This document shows positions 63,575 through 64,000 of a stretch of 64,000 nucleotides of DNA, in pieces. Each line of letters starts with the position of its first letter. Position 1 is the first letter of the stretch. This stretch comes from Phoronis australis (taxonomy: Eukaryota > Animalia > Phoronida), in assembly GCA_002633005.1 (NCBI GenBank), contig NMRA01000634.1, forward strand, positions 124,001-188,000. Reading direction: 5' to 3'. A program made the position numbers and the translations under genes. The notes beneath the pieces are model-generated. The model did not search any database. It was not told the DNA's origin and saw nothing but the letters and a program-made list of their open reading frames with translations.

Positions 63575-64000
63575 GTAAGTGCCGGTGCTCTCTTGTGGAA
63601 AATTTCTGCCAGGAAGTGTTTAAAAGGCCTAAATATCCGTTTTGTGTTTCACATAGTTCCCTTTACGTCCTATAAACGAGATTTTCTCACACATTTCGGT
63701 AACCGTGTTGATGGTGTTTCGAACGATAATTGAAACTTTACAATTTATGGAACCTCAAAATATGACTCCACAATTTTTGCGTAAGAGTGCTCTTTTTATA
63801 TTTTGCCCGTATAAATTGTCGAGACATATTCGAAGCAGGTGTATTGTGAATGCTAAATACAAAAATAAATAATTACCGTCGTTTTCGGTTTAGCAACTTC
63901 GTTTTTCGGCATTTCAAAAACAGAAGTGTCGGCAATTTTCAATTCGGCGGTTAATAAATAACTCACAAAAAAATAAATGAAAAATCATGGCACACCATTG

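Overview
Eukaryotic, AT-rich, intron-containing DNA that looks like a marine invertebrate (species not determinable). Almost all of the listed ORFs are noise. I reconstructed by hand one large spliced gene on the + strand: 18 GT-AG exons from 7277 to 63574, all phase-compatible, 915 codons with no stop, continuing past the window end. It has a TATA box, an Inr-like site and a signal-peptide exon. The product is a secreted mosaic protein: signal peptide - PAN - PAN - C-type lectin domain with a complete SUEL/rhamnose-binding lectin domain inserted in its long-loop region - two tandem resistin/RELM-like cysteine domains - PAN - PAN - Cys linker - PAN - PAN - ... The introns are filled with transposons: a Gmr1-like Ty3/Gypsy element (integrase before RT, SCAN-like gag, both LTRs, TSD, PBS), a Tc1 element whose TIRs bracket almost the whole 17.2-kb intron 16 and which hosts many nested elements, and mariner, P/THAP-like, Harbinger-like, Kolobok-like, YqaJ and SGNH-hydrolase relics. 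Upstream of the gene are a rearranged Penelope-like element with a hammerhead-like motif, Helentron/HINE-like repeats and an orphan D-cysteine-desulfhydrase-like exon. All domain calls come from motif recognition by eye, not database searches.
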